Both the position numbers and the translations under genes were made by a program. Source: a virus (Duplodnaviria; Caudoviricetes). From it: a stretch of DNA of 61,570 nt. Positions within the stretch are counted from its first letter, which is position 1. The number at the start of each line of letters is the position of its first letter. This document shows positions 9,973 through 17,515 of this stretch, in pieces. The stretch lies in the IMG/VR virus record IMGVR_UViG_3300036853_000133, positions 1-61,570 of that record. One strand, 5' to 3'. Below the pieces are notes generated by a model. It had not been told where the DNA came from. It saw only the letters and a program-made list of their open reading frames with translations, and made no database searches.

Positions 9973-10629
9973 TCATGTGGCCTCCGCACGCGCGAGCGCG
10001 AGTTGCTTTGCGAACGAGGGCAACAGCTTCATGCATCGCGACAGATACTGTTTCTGCGCGACCTCCCATGGCCACGGGAGAAGGATGCGCTCCGCAAGCG
10101 TCATGACGTTTTCATAGGGTGCCCAATTCGGATGCTCGATGCCCTGCATCAGGTCGCGCCATTCCGTCACGAACATCACCTTGTCCCAGTACTTCACGTT
10201 CGTGATGATCTCGGGATCTTCAGGAGGCCAGGCGAGGCCTGCAGCTTCGTGAATGGCAACGTCGTGGCGATATTCTATATTCTTGATGACAGCCAGGACG
10301 TACTCGGCATCGATTCCGCATTGTGCTTCGCACTCTTCTGCGATGGCTTTTTTGTAGGGCGTCGTTTTGTCCTTCAGTACGTGTTCGTGGCCATCGTGGA
10401 CGTGGAAGTAGGCCGCAAGCAGCCGATCGCCGGTCAAGCGGATGATGGCGTCACTTCCGCGACATTGATGTTCGGCGACCGAATAGAACTTGCCGGGCGT
10501 TGCGCCGTTGAAGCGCGCTTCTTTTGCAGTCTGTTCGGCAATTACATTCCAATCGATATCGTTTGCGTGCGGGGCACGAAGATCGATGCCGCGACCGTTG
10601 GCAAGCGTGAGGATGGTTTGCGCCGACAT
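9973..10629 (-). CDS. HD-domain phosphohydrolase (YfbR-like 5'-deoxynucleotidase)
   Basis: RFNGAT..YSVAEH, HDGHE, D..MFVTEWRDL. Confidence 0.85.
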   Translation of the reverse strand: MSAQTILTLANGRGIDLRAPHANDIDWNVIAEQTAKEARFNGATPGKFYSVAEHQCRGSDAIIRLTGDRLLAAYFHVHDGHEHVLKDKTTPYKKAIAEECEAQCGIDAEYVLAVIKNIEYRHDVAIHEAAGLAWPPEDPEIITNVKYWDKVMFVTEWRDLMQGIEHPNWAPYENVMTLAERILLPWPWEVAQKQYLSRCMKLLPSFAKQLALARAEAT

Positions 10630-10641
10630 GTTTTATGATTC

Positions 10642-10923
10642 TCAGATGAACTGCGCCGGCTTCCTGTTCGGGTATTCCCGATGCAGGAATTCCGCGATGT
10701 CTTTGTCGATGGGTGTTTGATGAATGCGGGTGCGGACACGCGGGGCGTTGCGCCAGTCAGGCTCTTCCAAGTTTCGGAAGAATGCACGCAAGAGCATGCG
10801 AATGATGGCGTAGATGATCGCGCCGATCAGAAGGGCCGCAGCGATGACGCCTGCGCAGATGAGTGCAATCGTGACAAACAGCGCCCAATCGACGTTGATG
10901 CTGGCTGCTGCAATAAGTGCCAT
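10642..10923 (-). CDS. membrane protein
   Basis: Long hydrophobic N-terminus. Confidence 0.6.
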   Translation of the reverse strand: MALIAAASINVDWALFVTIALICAGVIAAALLIGAIIYAIIRMLLRAFFRNLEEPDWRNAPRVRTRIHQTPIDKDIAEFLHREYPNRKPAQFI

Positions 10924-11045
10924 GTGCGCAAACCTTCGATACGGCAAGAGACCGTCAGTCGTCTTGTCGGGATGAAGCTGTTACGCGAGGCTCACGCTTA
11001 CATTTACTGGCAGGGAGGAAACGAAAAGTAGAAATCAGATTTGGT

Positions 11046-11288
11046 TCAGTCCGAGAGCAGTGCCCGCGGTTTCGTGAGTGCCATCACCCTCACGCATCGC
11101 CCGTTGAATGAGACCTCTTCAACGAGCTTGGCGGTGAGAAGCGCCTTCAGTGTCGGGTTTTCGAAGTTGATCATCTCGTAGCCGCCGGGCTCGCGTGCCC
11201 TGCGAAGCGCATAGGCGGCGCCGCATTCGCCTAAGAGGCCGCAACGGTTCGCCTTAGCGTGTGGGCATGCCTTGAGGATGCACGTCAT
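11046..11288 (-). CDS. hypothetical protein (also the C-terminus of the 1021-codon ORF)
   Basis: GGGAGG RBS; ATGA overlap with the upstream ORF. Confidence 0.55.
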   Translation of the reverse strand: MTCILKACPHAKANRCGLLGECGAAYALRRAREPGGYEMINFENPTLKALLTAKLVEEVSFNGRCVRVMALTKPRALLSD

Positions 11289-11443
11289 GCCGCCCTCCCC
11301 TGAAAAGTCGCCGGGCAATGCATGTGCTGCAGACACAATGCACCCTTGACCGCGTCCGGGTCCGCGTTCGTCAGCAATACCGCCGAACAGACAGCGCTGA
11401 CGTTCGCCGTTCCATTCAGCCCGTGTACGGCGATCAACCGCAC
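11285..11443 (-). CDS. small hypothetical protein
   Basis: GTG start, GC3-rich codons, ends GRAA with ATGA coupling. Confidence 0.45.
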   Translation of the reverse strand: MRLIAVHGLNGTANVSAVCSAVLLTNADPDAVKGALCLQHMHCPATFQGRAA

Positions 11444-11449
11444 GCAGCT

Positions 11450-12160
11450 TCGCTCTTTCGCGCTGGGGTATGGTGAAATAGATCTCGCGGCCCGGGCATG
11501 TCCGGGGATGCAGTCCGGCGCCGTTGGCTCTCCGGAGGAAACGGTTTCTGCACCACGCCCCGCTAGCGTGTTCGGAAGCGATCCGAACAATCCGCGAGAA
11601 CTCCCGGGTGAGACTGGACCGCTCGCTACCCATCCCGGCTTGATCGTGGCTTTGGTGGTACATGTCGCCGTCTGGACGCAGCCTCTGGCTCCCACATCCC
11701 GCCACGATCGCACGGGCCAAAGCCTCGTCCGTCCGCTCACCCGAACTGAATTCTGCGATGTGGGAGCCAAGCGCGAAGCTTGCAGCCGCCCCACATCGCA
11801 CGCCCGTTCGTGGACATTTATAGGCCGTCTTGAACGGAGCCGAAGTCATCCAGCCTTGACGTTCCGCTGGTGCGGAAACGAACGGAATGCAGACGCACTG
11901 CTCTTCGCCGCAGATTTCGCATGCTGCATTCGAATTGAATCGAGCGACCGCTAGCCCTTTGATGCGGTCACGCACCCTTCCCTGTCGCTCAATACGCGTT
12001 GAAGCGAAACGCGAGTCGGTTGACCTGGGTTGATGGATGGCGAGTCTGTCGCTCGAACTGAATTGGTCCGGGGAACCTACGACGCCCCGGCTCGCCGCCG
12101 CTTTCGCGGGCAAGTCCAAATGATCTTTTCCGTAGTTCCGAAGCTGTGCAATTTTGGAGA
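11450..12160 (-). ncRNA. putative structured RNA array (part 1)
   Basis: Consecutive hairpins and multibranch stems separated by AATTCAGTTCG-like linkers; no convincing protein gene. Confidence 0.45.
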
Positions 12161-12229
12161 GCGTTACGATCTCTTCATTCGTGCCTCCTGGGTTATCCCG
12201 CGACGGGACGGGGAACGTGGTTGCGGCAA

Positions 12230-12406
12230 TCAGTCGCTTGCGCAGGCAATGCCGCGAGGCCACCAGATATGCAGCGCAATCGGGCCGGCGCGAAGCGTGA
12301 AGCCGTTGCCGAAGTTGATCTTGCCCCAGCGTTTGCCGTGGCCGCGATAGCCGACGATCAGCGCCAGCTTCGTTTGGTTGCCCTTCGGGCCGATGGCGAG
12401 TCTCAT
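12230..12406 (-). CDS. small hypothetical protein (58 aa)
   Basis: Hand-translated MRLAIGPKGNQTKLALIVGYRGHGKRWG..; ATGA coupled. Confidence 0.55.
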   Translation of the reverse strand: MRLAIGPKGNQTKLALIVGYRGHGKRWGKINFGNGFTLRAGPIALHIWWPRGIACASD

Positions 12407-12828
12407 GATCTGCCTCGATCTGTGATGGCGAGAACTTTGCGGCCGACCTCGGCTTCACGCTCCCGGTCAAGCCACCATGCGGCGTTACAGCCATCCATGA
12501 ATGCGTCGTGAAACGGCGCTCCGTGATCGGAGCGGAAGAGAATGCGCAGGAATTCGACGGGCGGCTTGCGGCGCTGGCCTGGGTCGCGCGTGACGAAAGC
12601 GTAGCAACTGGTGCGTGGCCAGCCAGTGGCAAGGTGCAGAAGCTGTCCGGTTTCCTTGTTGCCGAAAACCGCTGTGGCGCAGCCGTAAAACCAATCGTCA
12701 GAACCTTTCGCTCCCGCTTCCGGAACAGGCATTTCGATCCGTAATCCCGATTCCGGACGACGATCGATTCCGCTTTCGGGAGCGGCATTGATTGCGGCGA
12801 TCTGCGCTTTCGACAATGGTTGATGCAT
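12403..12828 (-). CDS. putative CII-like regulator
   Basis: Position downstream of cro; HTH-like TGQLLHLATGWPRTSCYAFV. Confidence 0.5.
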   Translation of the reverse strand: MHQPLSKAQIAAINAAPESGIDRRPESGLRIEMPVPEAGAKGSDDWFYGCATAVFGNKETGQLLHLATGWPRTSCYAFVTRDPGQRRKPPVEFLRILFRSDHGAPFHDAFMDGCNAAWWLDREREAEVGRKVLAITDRGRS

Positions 12829-12860
12829 GATGATTTTCCCCGTTGATGATCTGAAGTTCT

Positions 12861-13693
12861 CGCGCTCCGAGCGCTGCCAGCCACAGTCCCCGTGGCAACG
12901 CTCGGATGCGCGTAGCTCCAGCCGACATGACACGGGGATGCATCATGCCGGCTGGACCCGTCGTCAGCCTGGCCGGGCTGGGACGGGAATTGGAACGCAA
13001 CGCAACGCAGTGGAACGGACACAACATGCGAACGGGCACGAAGGTCGGACTGATACTGATCGGATTGATCTGGCTCGCCGTGTCGACGGGCATCAGCGCG
13101 CACTTCGTCATGAAGGCGCAGAGCGAGGCTGCTCAAACGAAATTCATGGACCCGCTGCGTGTGTATCGCGGGCGCGTACCGGCGGGCGCCAGATCCCAAG
13201 GCGGTCTTTGGGTCTGAGCGTCCGCCGGCAGTCTCCAACGCATATCGGCCGACATCTGAGGTCGCTGGGAGGCAGGCTCCCAGACATCGGCCGATCTCTC
13301 TCGCCTGGAGGGCGGAGGGAGACGATTGGAATGCGCATCGGCCGACGCCTGGGAGGTGCTGGGGGGCGGGACTCAGACGCCGGCCGATCTCCTGCGTGGG
13401 GACGCGCGGAGAAGATTCAAATTGGATCGATTGCGGTAAGTCCGGCTTGTGAAGTTCCAAGCCTGAATATCGAGCTGCCTGAGGCCCGGAACGTTCCACT
13501 CCGGGGTGACGGCAAGAGCGCGGGCGGACCAGTGCACGGGTTCGCTCGCGTGCGGGCGGGCTTTGATGCTCGAGCAGGTCGAAGTGTCGCTGCGGCAGGG
13601 CTGTTAATTCTGGGGAAAACTCGGAACCAGCAGTGGTATTCGGAATGTGAAAGTGACAGCCGCAAGCGATTGGAAACCCTTGCGGCAGTGTCA
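12861..13693 (-). ncRNA. putative structured RNA array (part 2)
   Basis: About ten strong hairpins, including a 93-nt tandem duplicated unit with C-rich loops. Confidence 0.5.
13026..13217 (+). CDS. small membrane protein, antisense to the lytic transcript
   Basis: MRTGTKVGLILIGLIWLAVSTGISAHFV transmembrane segment. Confidence 0.45.
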   Translation: MRTGTKVGLILIGLIWLAVSTGISAHFVMKAQSEAAQTKFMDPLRVYRGRVPAGARSQGGLWV

Positions 13694-13817
13694 TTTGATA
13701 CGATGCCGGCAACCCCTTACCCGGCTCAGATGTGGTCAATATTGACCAGTCAGGGCACGGGAAAATTTCACAACCTACACCCGTGGAACGCTGTTGCTTT
13801 GAAACGGGTGCGTCATC

Positions 13818-14114
13818 ATGGGAGCCAGTCGCGAGTTTGCCACGCAGTACACGGAACCGACGATCATCCACGACATCTTTGCAAGCGGAGCTGCACATGC
13901 GGTCGCCATCAACGGCGGATGTGTGCGGCTGACCTGGTACGTCGATATCCCGCTGTTCACCCCGGATGGGGTTCTGGAACATCGCATCGTCGATCGCGTG
14001 GTGATTCCACAGGAAGCCATCCCTGGATTGATGCTGATGCTCGGCAGCGCGATGGTCACCCAAACAGAAGGGTTGTTTTCGATCGCTCGACGGGTGCCGA
14101 AGATCGGTCACTGA
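13818..14114 (+). CDS. hypothetical protein convergent with cro
   Basis: Protein-like composition (IIHDIFASG..VRLTWYVD..IVDRVVIP). Confidence 0.6.
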   Translation: MGASREFATQYTEPTIIHDIFASGAAHAVAINGGCVRLTWYVDIPLFTPDGVLEHRIVDRVVIPQEAIPGLMLMLGSAMVTQTEGLFSIARRVPKIGH

Positions 14115-14341
14115 GCGGCCTCCGCACCAACGCGGGCGCCCCCGCCTCCAACGAACGCCATGATCGGAACGACTCCGCCCGTCGCTTCGCTGAGCTTCAC
14201 GGCCATGTTGAGCGAGGGCGTCTTCTTGCCGCTCAGGATTTCAGACAGGTAGGGCTCCGATAGCCCGGCAGCTTCGGCAAACCGAGCCTGCGAGGTGTTC
14301 TTTGCGATCCAGGCCTGAAGTGGATGCGGCGAATCATTCAT
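14108..14341 (-). CDS. cro: Cro-like HTH repressor
   Basis: SQARFAEAAGLSEPYLSEILSGKKTPS..LSEATGGVV; divergent from cI. Confidence 0.85.
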   Translation of the reverse strand: MNDSPHPLQAWIAKNTSQARFAEAAGLSEPYLSEILSGKKTPSLNMAVKLSEATGGVVPIMAFVGGGGARVGAEAAQ

Positions 14342-14348
14342 GACCGAA

Positions 14349-14401
14349 AACTTAGCTATCGGCGAACATATAAGTCAAGAACGAAATTCGCTATCGGCGA
14401 A
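14349..14401. promoter_or_regulatory. OR operators and PR promoter
   Basis: TTAGC-N5-GCGAA (14352-14366) and TTCGC-N5-GCGAA (14387-14401); minus-strand TTGACT-N18-TAAGTT. Confidence 0.8.
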
Positions 14402-14435
14402 TGGACCGTTCTCGCATACACTTCGACACTCGGGA

Positions 14436-14768
14436 ATGCCGCGACCGAACCGCAATTCCCGATCGAAGCCGCCCCGGCGCCTGTTCCTGGGTCTCTGGCT
14501 CAAGCGCTTGAACCGCAAGCAGGCCGAGATTGCGGAGGCGGCCGGGATCACTCCGACCTACGTTTCTGAGCTAGTCAATGATCCGGGCAAGAACCCGTCT
14601 CCCACGGTTTTGCTCGATATTTCAGAGGCTTTGGGCCTCACGGTGAATGACCTCTACAATATGCCCCCAGCCATCGAGGCAACCGAAGCCGCAGGCAAGC
14701 TCAACCCGGCTCAGCTCGCGACACTCGGGCGGCTTTTGGATGAGATGAAGCCGATCAAGCGGCGGTAA
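14436..14768 (+). CDS. cI: CI-like XRE repressor (no S24 peptidase domain)
   Basis: KQAEIAEAAGITPTYVSELVN..PS..LLDISEALGLTVNDL; flanked by operators. Confidence 0.85.
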   Translation: MPRPNRNSRSKPPRRLFLGLWLKRLNRKQAEIAEAAGITPTYVSELVNDPGKNPSPTVLLDISEALGLTVNDLYNMPPAIEATEAAGKLNPAQLATLGRLLDEMKPIKRR

Positions 14769-14824
14769 TCTGATTTCATTTCCTTGAGAACGATCCGGGA
14801 ACATCAGACCTGTGGACAAATGAG

Positions 14825-14877
14825 TTAGCTAGTGGCGAATATTTCGCTTGACGGCTAGCTTCGCTATCAGCTAAGTT
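14825..14877 (+). promoter_or_regulatory. OL operators and PL promoter
   Basis: TTAGC-N5-GCGAA (14825-14839) and TTCGC-N5-GCTAA (14860-14874); TTGACG-N18-TAAGTT. Confidence 0.8.
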
Positions 14878-14925
14878 TCTCCCACGAACCCAAAACTGAT
14901 TCACGCCTGAGGGGTTCGGGGGAAG

Positions 14926-15132
14926 ATGAAGATGGCCGAGCGCACGCCCCACACTGTCACTTTTCGCCGCGCCCCGAACATGGACCGCGAGATGGTCACC
15001 AAGTGCAGCGTCAACGAGGCGCACGCGTTCTGCGACAATCAGGCGCGCATGAATATTCTGCACCACACCATTTCCATCGCGGATGCCGATGGCAAGGTTG
15101 TCTACCGCGGCCCCGCCCCTGAGGCCGCGTGA
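14926..15132 (+). CDS. hypothetical protein (first PL gene)
   Basis: RBS; first ORF after PL. Confidence 0.6.
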   Translation: MKMAERTPHTVTFRRAPNMDREMVTKCSVNEAHAFCDNQARMNILHHTISIADADGKVVYRGPAPEAA

Positions 15133-15461
15133 TGCGCATCATCTGTTTCAATTGCTGCCAAATCTTTACAGCGCGGAGAGGTCCAGCCCTTCGATGCCCC
15201 GATTGTGCGGCTCTATTCCGCGAAACGGTGAGTCACGTCCGTGTCGTTGTTAAGGCCGCGATCCAAGGAGGTGCTCTCGTTCGACGTCCTTGCGAGGCTT
15301 GTTCTGACATCAAGGCGGACGCTCACCACGACGATTATCGTTATCCGTTGCGAGTGCGTTGGCTCTGTCGAACTCACCATCGGCGATTTCACGTGGCCGA
15401 AGCGCATGCCCATTTTGTGGCAAGCCGCAGTGCCAGCATACAGAACGGAGCAATCTCATGA
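15129..15461 (+). CDS. HNH-like Zn-finger protein
   Basis: CEAC..DAHHDDYRYPLRVRWLCRTHH. Confidence 0.7.
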   Translation: MMRIICFNCCQIFTARRGPALRCPDCAALFRETVSHVRVVVKAAIQGGALVRRPCEACSDIKADAHHDDYRYPLRVRWLCRTHHRRFHVAEAHAHFVASRSASIQNGAIS

Positions 15462-15544
15462 TCTTCCAACTCTGGCCCACTCTTCTCATCGTCATCGCGC
15501 TGGCTGAGATTGTCTATCTATGTGTGAAGCCAAGGGGTGTGTGA
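15458..15544 (+). CDS. membrane peptide
   Basis: MIFQLWPTLLIVIALAEIVYLCVKPRGV; GGAG RBS. Confidence 0.5.
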   Translation: MIFQLWPTLLIVIALAEIVYLCVKPRGV

Positions 15545-15798
15545 TGGCCATCCGTCATGAAGTGCTCGCTCGCTTCGTCTTGAATGCGATCAAGGACGCC
15601 TTCGCTTCAGGGGCCGGATCGCGGCACGGAATGCACGTTCGTGGAATCGATATTTACGGCAATGGAGACGTTCGGTTCGACCTTGATGACGGCAGCCGGG
15701 TTTTGGTCGAAGTCCAACACAGGGTTCCGCCTGGATACTTCGGAACGCCCCGCGACGACGGGACTGCTGTTGATCCCGATGGCGAGCCGGGAGCCTGA
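15544..15798 (+). CDS. hypothetical protein
   Basis: Coupled ORF MAIRHEVLARF.. Confidence 0.6.
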   Translation: MAIRHEVLARFVLNAIKDAFASGAGSRHGMHVRGIDIYGNGDVRFDLDDGSRVLVEVQHRVPPGYFGTPRDDGTAVDPDGEPGA

Positions 15799-15800
15799 AC

Positions 15801-16022
15801 ATGCCGATCTTCGCAAACCTCACCCCACACGAACGCGCCGCGCTCGCCCGCGCTGCAGATCAGGTTCACGGCGCGCTTGAGCGCCCATGGATCACAGCAA
15901 TGAATGCGGAGCGCGTCGAGATCGAGAACGCGCCCTGCAAGAATGATCGGTTCACGGCCGTTGAACACGATGGATCGTGCCTGCGCTGTGGCGCGGAACA
16001 GGGCGAGGTTTGCCGGTCATGA
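15801..16022 (+). CDS. hypothetical protein
   Basis: RBS GGGAG; CLRC motif. Confidence 0.55.
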   Translation: MPIFANLTPHERAALARAADQVHGALERPWITAMNAERVEIENAPCKNDRFTAVEHDGSCLRCGAEQGEVCRS

Positions 16023-16252
16023 CCATCAAGCTCAGCAACGCCATGCGGCTTATGCTCAAGTGTGCTCCGGAAGACTGGAGCCGGGCGCCGAATGGATCGT
16101 CCGTTGATGCCTTGCGGCGGCGAGGGCTTGTCGAATTCCGGTCAAAGCCAAACGAGTTTGGCACCATGGCTACTATCCAGTGGCGCATTACCGAGACAGG
16201 CCGCGAGGTCGACGGGCGCAAAACAAATCAGAGCGAGGCTTGCCGGTCATGA
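16019..16252 (+). CDS. small winged-helix-like protein
   Basis: DALRRRGLVE..WRITETGRE. Confidence 0.6.
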   Translation: MTIKLSNAMRLMLKCAPEDWSRAPNGSSVDALRRRGLVEFRSKPNEFGTMATIQWRITETGREVDGRKTNQSEACRS

Positions 16253-16431
16253 CCGCAGAGCAACGCAAGGCGCTTCAGGTCACAGCCGCATGGCTGAAAC
16301 TCGTCTCCGACCGTTTCGAACTAGATCGCCGATTAACGGAAGCCACGATCCGACACGAGGGCGAAGTCATCGGCACATATTCAATATCGCAAGCTCTCGA
16401 CATGGCGAATGAGGCATTGGAGCCGAAATGA
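16249..16431 (+). CDS. hypothetical protein
   Basis: ATGA-coupled ORF MTAEQRKALQ.. Confidence 0.55.
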   Translation: MTAEQRKALQVTAAWLKLVSDRFELDRRLTEATIRHEGEVIGTYSISQALDMANEALEPK

Positions 16432-16874
16432 GTTTCAAACCACGGAGAATGAAGATGTCTGTGAAACGCCCCGACCCGATCGACATCGAGGTTGGACACA
16501 GGATTCGCATCGAGCGCAACGCGAGGGGCATGAGCCAGACCGTGCTCGCCAACAAGCTCGGCGTGACGTTCCAGCAAGTCCAGAAATACGAGAAGGGCGT
16601 CAACCGCGTCGGTGCTGGCCGGTTGACCAAGATCGCCGAAGTGCTCGGCATCACGGTCGGCACGTTTTTCACCGGCAAGGAAGTTCTCGATACCGAGCAC
16701 AGTGTTGCCAAGGACAACGGCGAGGCATCGCCGCTGCGCTTGCTGACGATTGCCGGCGCGTTCCGCTTGTTGCGGGCTTATTCGCAGATCGAAGACGCAG
16801 CGTTGCAGCGCTCGATCGTGGATCTGGTGGAGCGGATTTCCACGGGTGGGGCGACGGTTTCAGAAGCTGCCTGA
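16428..16874 (+). CDS. XRE-family HTH regulator (host-like)
   Basis: PDPIDIEVGHRIR..GVTFQQVQKYEKGVNRVGAGRL. Confidence 0.9.
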   Translation: MSFKPRRMKMSVKRPDPIDIEVGHRIRIERNARGMSQTVLANKLGVTFQQVQKYEKGVNRVGAGRLTKIAEVLGITVGTFFTGKEVLDTEHSVAKDNGEASPLRLLTIAGAFRLLRAYSQIEDAALQRSIVDLVERISTGGATVSEAA

Positions 16875-16919
16875 ATTCCAATTCCTGCGCCTGCGGAGAA
16901 CAGATAGAGAGGACTGACA

Positions 16920-17456
16920 ATGCGCCTGACAAAAGAAGTGCGCGACCAAATTCATGACGCGGCGTTGAATGCGAGCTTCAAGAAGGAGACCGAAGCACTC
17001 ACCAGGCAGGAAACCAAGCTCACTGCGCTTTGCTACAAGAGCTTGTTCCTGGCATCTGCGCGGGCCGCCGCAGCCGCGATGCCGAAGGGATGGATTCCCC
17101 AGGCGAACAGCTTCCTTCTGAATATTAGCGGCGAGCAGATACGCCTGACGTCGAAGGAGTTGTTTCTGGTCCCGACGACGCACCACCATCACGAATCCTA
17201 CGTGCTCAAGAACGCTGACCTCGCGGCCGAAGTCCGCGCATGGGCATACGCGAAGGAAGACCTCCGCACCCGCCGCAAGCAGGCCGGCGCCGCGTTGTCC
17301 GGCATGCTGCTCTCAGTCAGCACCATCAAGAAGTTGTTCGAAGTCTGGCCCGAAGGTCAGGCGTTCTACAAGAACGTGGCGCCGTCGCCGATCAATCTCC
17401 CGGCTGCTCACGTCGGCGAGGTGAACAAGCTACTGAAGCTGAAAGCCGCAGCCTGA
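16920..17456 (+). CDS. Nmad5-like protein (nucleotide modification associated domain 5)
   Basis: MRLTKEVRDQI N-terminus; STIKKLFEVWPE C-terminus. Confidence 0.65.
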   Translation: MRLTKEVRDQIHDAALNASFKKETEALTRQETKLTALCYKSLFLASARAAAAAMPKGWIPQANSFLLNISGEQIRLTSKELFLVPTTHHHHESYVLKNADLAAEVRAWAYAKEDLRTRRKQAGAALSGMLLSVSTIKKLFEVWPEGQAFYKNVAPSPINLPAAHVGEVNKLLKLKAAA

Positions 17457-17515
17457 TTTCCATTTTGTACCTGCGTCGCGACACGGCTGCGTAAAGCCGA
17501 GCAAGGAATGAAACC

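Noticed and set aside
11322-11954. 210-aa plus-strand ORF as a real gene
   Set aside because: No RBS or motif; it is the exact antisense frame of the long ORF and covers the hairpin array.
13244-13412. CRISPR mini-array
   Set aside because: Only two degenerate units with no unique spacers and no cas genes; better explained as an RNA structure duplication.
12827-14263. 478-aa plus-strand ORF
   Set aside because: Arg/Gly-rich, lies largely in low-stop shadow frames of real genes and GC-rich hairpins, and has no RBS or motif.
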